Positions 18,278 to 27,343 of a stretch of DNA of 64,000 nucleotides are shown here, in pieces (positions within the stretch are counted from its first letter, which is position 1; the number at the start of each line of letters is the position of its first letter). This DNA comes from a bacterium. GTDB lineage: Bacteria > Zhuqueibacterota > Zhuqueibacteria > Residuimicrobiales > Krinioviventaceae. Below the pieces are notes generated by a model. The model saw only the letters and a list, made by a program, of their open reading frames with translations. It had not been told where the DNA came from and ran no database searches. Where the stretch lies: assembly GCA_963674595.2 (NCBI GenBank), contig CAXXFV010000023.1, positions 640,001 to 704,000 on the forward strand, written 5' to 3'. Both the position numbers and the translations under genes were made by a program.

Positions 18278-20935
18278 ATGGTTATGAATCAATTTATATT
18301 AAACTTGATGAATCAAGGTAAAAGTGACGGGCAAACCGGATTGTGGAATAAAGCCAAATCATTGGCTGGTAATTTTTCATTTAAATCAATCCTGTCAACA
18401 GAATCTAAATTATTTCAAAAGAATGTTGATGTGCCTTTGCCGGCACATATGGAAAATTTTACGGATGGACAGGAATTAAGTTTACGTGAATTTTTAAATG
18501 TTTCCAATATGTCCTCATCAAAGGCTTTGTTTCAAAAATTACAACTTTTAACAGAAACATCGACAAGTGACCAAAGTGATTTTCAAATAGTATCTGTTAA
18601 CCAGCTTGGTAATTTAAATGTAGCAGGACAAGCAAATGATTCAGGTTCTGTTCCGGCAATAAATCTGTTGTTAAAAAAATCTCAGCAGGTAAACAAGACA
18701 GAAAAAGGTTCTATAGCCGAACCAGCTACAAAACAATTTCAAGGTGTTCAAGAATCAGATTCTGATAATGTGTTGACATTACAAGCTGACGCAGAGCCTG
18801 TTGTAACAATCCCGACTGTTATTAATAATACTAGTATTAGCTCAAATGTCAAAGCAGTTGAAAATACAAAAATTGATAAACAAACAGTACCGGCAAAGGG
18901 CCAAGCTAAAACAGTAAAAGCGGATGGAAAAATTGTTACAAATCCGGTAGCTGAAAATGTCCAAAACAATGGTTTTGTTAAAACACAAAAAGTTAATCCG
19001 TCAAACCCGGCTGGTCCTGCACTCAGTTCTGATGTTAGTGAAAGTCAGGATGTCAAGTTACCAAAATCAAATACAACTCAAACTATAGTGATAAATAATC
19101 ACCCTGTTGTTGACGGTTCTGCAAATTCAGCGGATGTTAATGTAAAAGCTGCTGTGTCAGAAAAAAATACAAGTGCCGGAGCTGTTAAGAATTTTAAACA
19201 AATAAAGAAATCAGCGGAAAATTCTAAAAACGTTGTTCAATCTGATGAAACTAAAGAGACACTGAATAAAGCCGATTCAAATATAGTAGAAAATTTGAAA
19301 ACAAAACCAACCGATAATGCTATAAAAAATAATGTTAATACTTTTACACAAGTAAATACAAATAAAGAGTCTGTCACGGTTGACGATGTTGGTAATGTGA
19401 AACCTGTTGCAGAAAATGACGGTTCGCAACCGACTGTATTATCTGGCGATAATGTGTCAACGCCGGAAGATGGTAAAAAATCTAAAATAACTCTCGATGG
19501 TTTTAAAATTACCAATATGACAGACTCGGACGTGAAAAATTCGGCAGTTAATTTTGAAAAGTTTACAGCAACTGAAAAAATGGCTGATATTTTGCAAAGT
19601 TCAGATGTGAAGGTTAAAAATACTGCTCAATATAATGAGATAGATGTAAAAAAAGACGATTCTGTATACAAATCGGTTAAGGTAATGCAGCCAAAAGATA
19701 ACGACAACAAAAATCAAATTAATAAAAACGAAAATAATAATGTTTCAAAGCAGCACGTTAAAGGCTCTGTTTCCAACGAGCAGGGTTCTCAATCTGTTAA
19801 TACAACTTTAAAAATAGAACATGTTGAAAACACAATAAAGCAAGTAAATCAAAAAACTGATCAATCCTTTGTAGAACCTGAAGATAAAATTACCGCTAAA
19901 ATTTCTTCTAATCCAAATGTTGTGATAAGCAATACAGATAATGTAGTTGATAAAAAAGAACCTGTTCTCAAAGTCAGCACCGGTGTTGAGCAGAAAGAAA
20001 ATAAAGTTGATAACCATGCTTTTTTGATTGTTAAAGATAAAGTTGAAAAATATAAAGAAACGCAAAAGCAAGCCGGCGAAACTGTCAATAAAGCCAATCA
20101 GAAGGATGATGAAAAAATTTATATAAAACCCCATATTTTGGGTTTGGTTGGCAATAAAGAAAAAATCCAAAGTCGCGCTGATCATGTTGAAAAAGAACAA
20201 AATTCTGTAAACACTTTTCATGAAGAAAAAGGTGTATCTGAAAAATCCGGTTCAGCTAATAATTTTAATCAGCCAAATATGGGTCATAAGAACAACGGAA
20301 ATCACGATACTAATCAGCAACAACAAACAAAGACTGAAGCCGGTTCAGATAATTTTGGAAATTCGGTAAATAAAATTTCATCCGTATCGGCAGAAAAAAA
20401 TGAGGTTTTTCATATTGGCCGAGATCATCAAACAGTTGCTATGTCCGAGTCCGGTAAAGTGAGTGTTGCAAGTCATGGTGAGTCTGCTGATGTTAAAAAT
20501 GTTCAGGCCAACCTTAAAGTTCTTAATTCCTGGTTGTCGGATGGCGCCAAAATTATGGTTATGCAGGATGAAAAGTATTTTAATGTCCGTACTGAAATTA
20601 GTGATATTGGTAAATTGCATATCCAGATGCAGCAGGAAAAACAAAATGTTGAAGTTACTATTCGTGTAGAAAATGAACAATCAAAAGTCTATTTAGAACA
20701 ATCAGTACAAGAGCTTAAACAAAGTTTGGCACAAAAGGATATTGTTTTAACCCAGGTTCGGGTTTTAATTGGCGAAAAGGCAGATAGAGAGTTTTCAGGT
20801 CAATCACAATTTACCGAACGTAAGTGGCAGGATATTAAAAAACGCAAAAATGCAGAAATAACAATTGATGAAACCGATGCGACGGTTATTAGCCGAAAAA
20901 ATACAGCATGGTCAACCTATGAAACGGTTGCCTAA
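18278..20935 (+). CDS. fliK: Flagellar hook-length control protein FliK (885 aa)
   Basis: Long N/K/S/T/V-rich low-complexity region; C-terminal T3S4-like domain (IGKLHIQM..VEVTIRVEN..ELKQSLAQ); directly upstream of flgD. Confidence 0.82.
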   Translation: MVMNQFILNLMNQGKSDGQTGLWNKAKSLAGNFSFKSILSTESKLFQKNVDVPLPAHMENFTDGQELSLREFLNVSNMSSSKALFQKLQLLTETSTSDQSDFQIVSVNQLGNLNVAGQANDSGSVPAINLLLKKSQQVNKTEKGSIAEPATKQFQGVQESDSDNVLTLQADAEPVVTIPTVINNTSISSNVKAVENTKIDKQTVPAKGQAKTVKADGKIVTNPVAENVQNNGFVKTQKVNPSNPAGPALSSDVSESQDVKLPKSNTTQTIVINNHPVVDGSANSADVNVKAAVSEKNTSAGAVKNFKQIKKSAENSKNVVQSDETKETLNKADSNIVENLKTKPTDNAIKNNVNTFTQVNTNKESVTVDDVGNVKPVAENDGSQPTVLSGDNVSTPEDGKKSKITLDGFKITNMTDSDVKNSAVNFEKFTATEKMADILQSSDVKVKNTAQYNEIDVKKDDSVYKSVKVMQPKDNDNKNQINKNENNNVSKQHVKGSVSNEQGSQSVNTTLKIEHVENTIKQVNQKTDQSFVEPEDKITAKISSNPNVVISNTDNVVDKKEPVLKVSTGVEQKENKVDNHAFLIVKDKVEKYKETQKQAGETVNKANQKDDEKIYIKPHILGLVGNKEKIQSRADHVEKEQNSVNTFHEEKGVSEKSGSANNFNQPNMGHKNNGNHDTNQQQQTKTEAGSDNFGNSVNKISSVSAEKNEVFHIGRDHQTVAMSESGKVSVASHGESADVKNVQANLKVLNSWLSDGAKIMVMQDEKYFNVRTEISDIGKLHIQMQQEKQNVEVTIRVENEQSKVYLEQSVQELKQSLAQKDIVLTQVRVLIGEKADREFSGQSQFTERKWQDIKKRKNAEITIDETDATVISRKNTAWSTYETVA

Positions 20936-20946
20936 GGAGGAATGGA

Positions 20947-21612
20947 ATGTCAGTTTCTAGTGTAAGTTCAAACGCTTCTACCGCGTATTCAGCGGATGTT
21001 TATACAAACAGTGCCCTGGATAAAGAAGATTTTTTAGAATTACTGGTTACACAGCTTCAGTATCAAGATCCGTTGGAACCTGTGCAAAATACTGAATTTG
21101 TGGCTCAACTTGCACAATTTAGTTCATTAGAACAGTTAACAAACATAAATTCAACACTGGATAATAACACTACAGTTACTCAGTCTATGAATAACACGAT
21201 GCTTTCTTCTTTAATCGGACGTGATGTGAAAGCCTCCAGTAATGCGGTAAACCTGAATTCAGATAGTTCAACAACCATTTCATTTAATTTGTCAGAAGAT
21301 GCTGATGTTTATGTTGAACTTTATAATGAAGATGGCGACCTGGTTCGTACTTTGTCATGTGGTGAGATAAATTCCGGGCTCAATGAAATAGAATGGGATG
21401 GCAAGAGTTCTTCAGGTGCAAATTTAGAAGAGGGACAGTATTTTTGTAATATCGTTGCAAAGAATGCTGGCGGTGATTCTGTCTCGGCAACCCCCTTGTT
21501 AAAGGGTACGGTAACCGGTCTGCGGTTTGATAGTGGTACAACATATGTAATTATAGATAATGCAGAAATTGATCCAAGTTTGATTTATTATATTTCTGAA
21601 GATTTTAATTAA
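20947..21612 (+). CDS. flgD: Flagellar hook cap protein FlgD
   Basis: LDKEDFLELLVTQLQYQDPLEP..FVAQLAQFSSLEQ; FlgD Ig domain with WDGK. Confidence 0.96.
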   Translation: MSVSSVSSNASTAYSADVYTNSALDKEDFLELLVTQLQYQDPLEPVQNTEFVAQLAQFSSLEQLTNINSTLDNNTTVTQSMNNTMLSSLIGRDVKASSNAVNLNSDSSTTISFNLSEDADVYVELYNEDGDLVRTLSCGEINSGLNEIEWDGKSSSGANLEEGQYFCNIVAKNAGGDSVSATPLLKGTVTGLRFDSGTTYVIIDNAEIDPSLIYYISEDFN

Positions 21613-21634
21613 AAAAAAGTGTTTTTGAAAGGAG

Positions 21635-22039
21635 GTGAGAATATTGGCTGATCCGATTCATGAAGCGCAAAACATACAATCTATATCGCAAGCGCAGCGA
21701 CTAAAACGTACAAATGTGCCTTTGGGTAATAGTGATGCAACGAAATTTGATCAAATATTGCATCAGGAACAAACCCAATTGCAACGTGAAATAAAATTTT
21801 CACAACATGCTCAGTCAAGATTAGAAGAACGGAGTATTCAGATGAATGATCAGGACTATTTACGATTACAATCCGCCATACAAAAAATAAACGACAAAGG
21901 CGGAAAGGATTCATTGGTTTTGATGGATGACAGAGCTTTTGTTGTGAATGCGCCTAACCAAACTGTTATTACAGCAATGGATAGCGCAGCAATTAAAGAA
22001 AATGTTTTTACAAATATTGATAGTGCAATAATAATTTAA
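21635..22039 (+). CDS. Flagellar operon protein, TIGR02530 family
   Basis: KFSQHAQSRL..KGGKDSLVL..VVNAPNQTVITAMD..ENVFTNIDSAII; AAGGAG RBS with GTG start; between flgD and flgE. Confidence 0.9.
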   Translation: MRILADPIHEAQNIQSISQAQRLKRTNVPLGNSDATKFDQILHQEQTQLQREIKFSQHAQSRLEERSIQMNDQDYLRLQSAIQKINDKGGKDSLVLMDDRAFVVNAPNQTVITAMDSAAIKENVFTNIDSAIII

Positions 22040-22048
22040 CGCTGAAAC

Positions 22049-22100
22049 GGGCTGGACCCCTACGGGAGGCCCAAAGCTGTTGACTGACTGATACAGCTTT
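22049..22100 (+). ncRNA. Candidate structured cis-regulatory RNA (two adjacent hairpins) in the flgE leader
   Basis: GGGC-UGGA-CCC-CUAC-GGG-AG-GCCC (22049-72) abutting AAAGCUGU-UGACUGACUGAU-ACAGCUUU (22073-100); GC-rich island in an AT-rich spacer. Confidence 0.65.
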
Positions 22101-22130
22101 TAAGGCAAAAATAATAAAAGGAGTATTAAA

Positions 22131-24107
22131 ATGTTACGTTCATTGTTCTCTGGGGTCTCTGGAATGAAAAATCAACAGATCTCTATGGATGTTATTGGTA
22201 ATAATATAGCAAATGTAAATACAGTCGGCTTTAAGGCCAGTCGTGTAACTTTTCAGGAAAGTTTGTCTCAGGTTGTTCAAAATGGCCGAAGCTCTACTGA
22301 AAATCTCGGTGGAACCAATCCGATGAATGTTGGACTTGGTGTTAATGTAGCCAGTGTTGACAAATTGTTTACACAAGGTAATTTGGAACGCACCGGCAAT
22401 ACCATGGATTTGGCAATTGAAGGGGATGGATACTTTGTTTTGAGTAATGGAAATCAAGAGTTTTTTACCCGTGCAGGAAATCTGAATGTTGACAGCAATG
22501 GAAACCTTGTCCTGGGTAATACCGGTTATTATGTTCAGGGTAGGATGGCAGATTCTAATGGAGCCATTTCTTCTGCTGCTGAAATTCAAAACATTACATT
22601 GCCGTTTGGGCAAAAAGCTCCGGCAAAAGCAACAACAACGATTAGTTTTGAAGGTAACCTTAACTCAGAAACTGATCAAAAATCTCAGATTCTTGGTTCA
22701 GATTTTAGCAGTTATGCCGGTGTTACCAGTGCTGCTCTTGCTGTTCCGATTGATTTAACAGGTGCTAACGAATTAACAATTGCGGTTGATAATGATGCTG
22801 GTGGTACCATCACAGAAACATTAACTCTTACAGAAGCAAGCTATGGGACGGTTAGTGAGCTGGTTGCAGAAATTAATGGACAAATAAGTGGAAATACTTA
22901 TTTGACAGGTGAAGTGATTGCCGAGTTGGATGATTCCGGCGGTACGGACAAGATCGTTATCAGAACAACAGACACAGGTGGATCTGAGACAAATATTACA
23001 TTGTCCGGGTCAGCAACGACTCCGATTAGTCTTGGCACAACAACAGAATACGGTACTGCTTCAACAACACCTCTTGCGGATCTTTCATTTTTTGGAAGTG
23101 ATCTTAGTACTGGTGATCAGATTCGTATTAACGGTACCACATATCAAGGAGAAAGTGTTGCTGATGTTTATACCTATGCTGACGGCGATACGGTCCAGGA
23201 TTTATTAGATGCTATGAATTCAGTTTTCAGCGGAGCCTCAGTTACTTTAAGTAATGATGGTATGCTTAGAATTACGGATTCGGTTTCCGGTGAATCGAAA
23301 TCAACAGCAAATTTAATCTATATCGATAATGATACCGGTACATCATCTACATTACCTGTTTTTAATGTCACTCAGGAGGGTGTTGATGCAGGAACTCACT
23401 CGGCGAGCATGGTAACTTATGATAGTAAAGGTGAAGCTCATACTGTAACAATTAATTTTACAAATATATCATCTGAAGACGATGCAGATATTTGGCGATG
23501 GGAAGCTATTGTTGATGATAATGAAATTATTCCAAGTGCTGGCAACAGAGGCATCATCAAGTTTAATCCTAATGGTAGTTTAGCCTATTCGCAGTCTGAT
23601 GATGGTCAATCTTTAACTTTTGAGCCTGGTGACGGTGCCAGTACAATGGAAATCGTACTTGATGTTGGTACGGCCGGCTCTTTTACCGGAATTACCCAGC
23701 TTTCTAATCCCATGACAGCCGTTGCAACAAGTCATGACGGATACAGCATGGGTGATTTGTACAATATTTCATTTGATGAAACCGGAACAATTACCGGATA
23801 CTTTACAAATGGTGTAAGCCAGGAATTGGCACAGGTTGCATTGGCGACATTTAATAATCAGTCTGGTTTAAATCCTGTTGGAGAAAATGTATTTCAAGTT
23901 GGTAGCAACAGTGGACAGGCAGTAAAAGGTTGGGCCCAGAGTACAATCCCGGCCCAAATTACACCAAATTATCTTGAAATGTCTAATGTTGACTTGACTC
24001 AGGAATTTACCAATATGATCGTAGCCCAAAGAGGGTTCCAGGCAAATTCACGTGTTATTACCACTAGTGATACGCTGTTGCAGGAAGTGGTCAGATTAAA
24101 ACAATAA
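22131..24107 (+). CDS. flgE: Flagellar hook protein FlgE (658 aa, large central insertion)
   Basis: MLRSLFSGVSG..GNNIANVNTVGFK, DLAIEGDGYF, TRAGN, YDSKG, LEMSNVDLTQEFTNMIVAQRGFQAN. Confidence 0.96.
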   Translation: MLRSLFSGVSGMKNQQISMDVIGNNIANVNTVGFKASRVTFQESLSQVVQNGRSSTENLGGTNPMNVGLGVNVASVDKLFTQGNLERTGNTMDLAIEGDGYFVLSNGNQEFFTRAGNLNVDSNGNLVLGNTGYYVQGRMADSNGAISSAAEIQNITLPFGQKAPAKATTTISFEGNLNSETDQKSQILGSDFSSYAGVTSAALAVPIDLTGANELTIAVDNDAGGTITETLTLTEASYGTVSELVAEINGQISGNTYLTGEVIAELDDSGGTDKIVIRTTDTGGSETNITLSGSATTPISLGTTTEYGTASTTPLADLSFFGSDLSTGDQIRINGTTYQGESVADVYTYADGDTVQDLLDAMNSVFSGASVTLSNDGMLRITDSVSGESKSTANLIYIDNDTGTSSTLPVFNVTQEGVDAGTHSASMVTYDSKGEAHTVTINFTNISSEDDADIWRWEAIVDDNEIIPSAGNRGIIKFNPNGSLAYSQSDDGQSLTFEPGDGASTMEIVLDVGTAGSFTGITQLSNPMTAVATSHDGYSMGDLYNISFDETGTITGYFTNGVSQELAQVALATFNNQSGLNPVGENVFQVGSNSGQAVKGWAQSTIPAQITPNYLEMSNVDLTQEFTNMIVAQRGFQANSRVITTSDTLLQEVVRLKQ

Positions 24108-24116
24108 TACTAGTAT

Positions 24117-24150
24117 TTATGGCGGGCATTGATTTATTTGCCCGCCATAA
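24117..24150 (+). other. 12-bp hairpin after flgE without a U-tract (mRNA stabiliser or weak terminator)
   Basis: TTATGGCGGGCA-N10-TGCCCGCCATAA, followed by TTAAAACT. Confidence 0.6.
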
Positions 24151-24236
24151 TTAAAACTCTATTAAAAACAATAGTTTTGTTGTGTCGCAATGTGTAGGTA
24201 TTATTTATGAATTTTATTTAAGAGTATGGTTAAGGC

Positions 24237-24992
24237 ATGGATTTAGCTACTTTAATAGGCATAGGTTTAGGTATATTTTTACTCGGCGCCTCGATATTTA
24301 CTCAAGAGGGTTGGATTTTCTTTTTTAACCTCCCCGCATTTTTAATCGTCGGTGGTGGTACAATTGCAGCCACACTTGTTAATTTTCCATTAAAAGATGT
24401 ATTAGGCGTAATTAAAGTTGCAAGAAACGCATTTCAACAAAAAGTAATGTCGATTTTTGATGCAATTGAATTTTGGAGCGATATTGCCCGAACTGCAAGA
24501 CAACAAGGTTTATTGGCTTTGGAAGATAAGACCCAGGAAATTGATGACGAGTTTACTCGAAAAGGGATTCAGTTGATGGTTGATCAGGTTGATCAGGAAA
24601 TATTAGCCAGTATTTTAAATACTGAAGTATACTATATTCAGGAAAGACATGAAATCGGTCAAAAAATATTCAAGGCTATGGGAGCGTATGCTCCTGCTTT
24701 TGGAATGGTTGGAACGCTTATTGGTCTGATCCAAATGCTTCAAAGTTTAAATGATCCTACACAGATTGGTGTTGGTATGGCAACTGCTTTGGTTACCACC
24801 CTTTATGGTGCCGTGTTTGCCAACTTGCTTTTTTTACCTCTTGCCGGTAAATTGGAAACTCGATCAGATCAGGAAATGCAAAACAAACAATTGGTCATGC
24901 TGGCTATTCAGTCCATCCAGGCAGGTGACAATCCCAGGTTGTTAAATGAAAAACTAATGACCTTTATCGCGCCTGCAAGCCGTGAGGAATAA
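24237..24992 (+). CDS. motA: Flagellar stator A subunit (MotA/PomA/MotP type)
   Basis: MDLATLIG, GLLALE, APAFGMVGTLIGLIQML, MATALVTTLYG. Confidence 0.93.
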   Translation: MDLATLIGIGLGIFLLGASIFTQEGWIFFFNLPAFLIVGGGTIAATLVNFPLKDVLGVIKVARNAFQQKVMSIFDAIEFWSDIARTARQQGLLALEDKTQEIDDEFTRKGIQLMVDQVDQEILASILNTEVYYIQERHEIGQKIFKAMGAYAPAFGMVGTLIGLIQMLQSLNDPTQIGVGMATALVTTLYGAVFANLLFLPLAGKLETRSDQEMQNKQLVMLAIQSIQAGDNPRLLNEKLMTFIAPASREE

Positions 24993-25001
24993 TCAATTAT
25001 C

Positions 25002-25763
25002 ATGAGTGCTCCTGTAAAAAAACAAAAAAAAGCTGAAGAAGGTTCACCATTATGGATGGCGACTTTTTCTGATTTGATGTCTTTATTGTTGACATTTTTC
25101 ATTTTAATTGTTTCCTTTTCAACAACAGAGATTATCAAGTTTCGAAAATTTATGGGAGCTATGCGCGGTGCCACAGGATCTATTTTAGAGCAGCAAGGAG
25201 CTCGTATCATTCCAAGCAAATTTTCTCCTGATCACGGTGTGACTATGGAAATGGATGTTTTGGTTGATCTTGTTAATAAAATGATGCAGGACCTCCCACA
25301 TGAAATGGGTGAGTTTGAAAATTTTGAAAGTGAAGTTAGTATAGATGCCACAAACGAAGGTATTCGTTTTCGCATTTCAAGTCTAGTATTGTTTGAGCCT
25401 GGTCAGGCCGTTTTGAAACCAAACGGTTATAAATTATTAAGCCATATAGCACGAATTGTGAAAAAGGTAAATTGTTATGTTCGAATTGAAGGCCATACAG
25501 ACAATATGCCGATACACACAGCGCAATATCCGTCGAATTGGGACCTGTCAACAGACCGTTCACTGAATGTGCTAAAATATTTTGCAAATAGCTGTTACCT
25601 GAATCCCTATAAATTGATTGCTGTCGGCAGAGGTGAGTATGACCCAATTGCACCTAATGATACGCCTGAAAATCGTAAAAAAAATCGAAGAGTTGATATT
25701 CACTTAAAATGGTATGATGAAACCGGTAAGCAACTTTTGGAAGAACGAAATGGAACATACTAG
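25002..25763 (+). CDS. motB: Flagellar stator B subunit (PomB/MotS-like)
   Basis: WMATFSDLMSLLLTFFILI TM with conserved Asp; OmpA-like EGHTD, SNWDLS..R, NRRVDI. Confidence 0.93.
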   Translation: MSAPVKKQKKAEEGSPLWMATFSDLMSLLLTFFILIVSFSTTEIIKFRKFMGAMRGATGSILEQQGARIIPSKFSPDHGVTMEMDVLVDLVNKMMQDLPHEMGEFENFESEVSIDATNEGIRFRISSLVLFEPGQAVLKPNGYKLLSHIARIVKKVNCYVRIEGHTDNMPIHTAQYPSNWDLSTDRSLNVLKYFANSCYLNPYKLIAVGRGEYDPIAPNDTPENRKKNRRVDIHLKWYDETGKQLLEERNGTY

Positions 25764-25793
25764 AAACATGAGAATATATATATATCGGAGGAT

Positions 25794-26378
25794 TTGTTGA
25801 AGAATCATTTAATAAAAGCTCTTATTATTGTTGGTGTTTTAATTTTGCAGGTTGGTTTGGCCTATGCTGTTATAAAATATTTATTACCTCCTGGGAAGAG
25901 CCCTATTGCAACTGATTCTTCTTCGGTTGTCTCCTCGGAAGATCAACAAAAACAACAAGAAGAGCAGAAAAAAGAAAAAGAAAAAGAAAAAGAAAAAGAA
26001 AAAAAGAAAAAAGAAAAAGAGCATGAAACCTGGGATGACCTGGAAATTTCAGAGATTAGCAAAGATGAAATGGAAAAAGCATCCAGTATTTTGTTGGAAG
26101 ATGTGGTTGTAAATCCGGCAGGGTCCGGCGGCAACCGGTTTTTAATTGTAACTTTGAAAATTTTTCTCAAGGAACCATTGGAAGGAGCCGAAGCAGATTT
26201 AAAGTTGCCGGCTATAAAGGATGATTTGGGCGTTCTTTTGGCTAGTAAAGAGAGTGATTGGCTGGTTGAGGTATACAACCGGGATGTGCTAAGGCACGAA
26301 ATTATGAATTCTTTAAGAAAAATTCTTGGAGATGAAATGGTTTTACGCGTTTTCTTTGAAAAGTTTGTAGTACAATAG
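25794..26378 (+). CDS. fliL: Flagellar basal body-associated protein FliL
   Basis: GGAGG + TTG start; N-terminal TM; VVNPAGSGGNRFL; C-terminal VFFEKFVVQ. Confidence 0.9.
   Translation: MLKNHLIKALIIVGVLILQVGLAYAVIKYLLPPGKSPIATDSSSVVSSEDQQKQQEEQKKEKEKEKEKEKKKKEKEHETWDDLEISEISKDEMEKASSILLEDVVVNPAGSGGNRFLIVTLKIFLKEPLEGAEADLKLPAIKDDLGVLLASKESDWLVEVYNRDVLRHEIMNSLRKILGDEMVLRVFFEKFVVQ
25967..26021 (+). repeat. (GAAAAA)n purine tandem repeat encoding a KE-rich linker in FliL
   Basis: gaaaaa units at 25974-26003 with imperfect flanking copies. Confidence 0.85.
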
Positions 26379-26407
26379 AGTTGGGTCGAAATAATTAGAA
26401 AATAAGA

Positions 26408-27343
26408 ATGGAAATGCAGAACGAAAAAATAGAAAAAGCACTTGAAGATCGAGTCCAGGCGTATGATTTTCGTAATCCGCGAAAACTGTCAAAGGAGCAA
26501 CGAGGTAGCATCTATCTCGTTATTGAAGCCTTTGCAAAACTTTTAAGCGCTTATTTAACGACTTTATTAAGGACGATGACTGAAATTCATTTAACATCAG
26601 TTAAGGAAATTCGGTTTGGTGAGTTTACAAGCGATTGTACAGACCCGGATTGTTTATGGACGTTTGAAATGGACAAGTCTGATGGTTTGGGTGTTATTGA
26701 AATGGAACCACGACTTTTATTTATTATTGTAGAAAGGTTGTTTGGTGGTATTGGTCAAGCCATGAAAACCATTAGACCGACAACTGTTATTGAAAAAAAT
26801 ATTGGAATGCGTGTTGTCGAACGTTTTTTACAAATGTGGGACCAATCCTGGTTTAGTTTGTTAATAATTCGTTCCACTATACGTTCCTATGAAACAAATC
26901 CTTATATGGTGCAAATTGCAGGTATTAACGAACCAGCTATTGAGGTTTGTTTAGAGGTCCGTTTTAATGAAGAAAGTTTTACCATTAATGTTTGTATACC
27001 CATTAAAACGATGCGGCCGTTGATCTCTGCAATTGATCAGCAATCTTCGCCGTTTCAATCAAAACATAAAAATGTTGAAGAAGACACGAGAAAAATGGAA
27101 TCCAGAGTGGTAGAGTCTGAATTTCCGGTTATTGTAGAGCTTGGTACAACTAAAATAAAATTAAGAGAGTTTCACGATATTCAGGTTGGTGATGTTATTT
27201 TAATGGATCAAAATGTACACACCTTATTGAATGTTATTGTTGGAAGTCGAAAAAGATATAAGGGCCATCCCGGAGTTATAAATGACCGCCGGGCCGTTAA
27301 GATCCTTAATGTGATTGATGATAAGGAGTTTAACATTGAGTAA
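26408..27343 (+). CDS. fliM: Flagellar motor switch protein FliM (no N-terminal EIDAL peptide)
   Basis: YDFRNPRKLSKEQ, LFGGIG, ETNP, C-terminal SpoA domain ELGTT..VGDVI. Confidence 0.93.
   Translation: MEMQNEKIEKALEDRVQAYDFRNPRKLSKEQRGSIYLVIEAFAKLLSAYLTTLLRTMTEIHLTSVKEIRFGEFTSDCTDPDCLWTFEMDKSDGLGVIEMEPRLLFIIVERLFGGIGQAMKTIRPTTVIEKNIGMRVVERFLQMWDQSWFSLLIIRSTIRSYETNPYMVQIAGINEPAIEVCLEVRFNEESFTINVCIPIKTMRPLISAIDQQSSPFQSKHKNVEEDTRKMESRVVESEFPVIVELGTTKIKLREFHDIQVGDVILMDQNVHTLLNVIVGSRKRYKGHPGVINDRRAVKILNVIDDKEFNIE

Noticed and set aside
22073-22101. Second flgE-leader hairpin read as an ordinary terminator
   Set aside because: The U residues are mostly in the stem, the loop is large and patterned, and it precedes a gene needing high expression; kept as part of the candidate RNA element.
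25967-26021. GAAAAA repeat in fliL as a phase-variation tract
   Set aside because: The 6-bp unit preserves frame; it simply encodes a KE linker.
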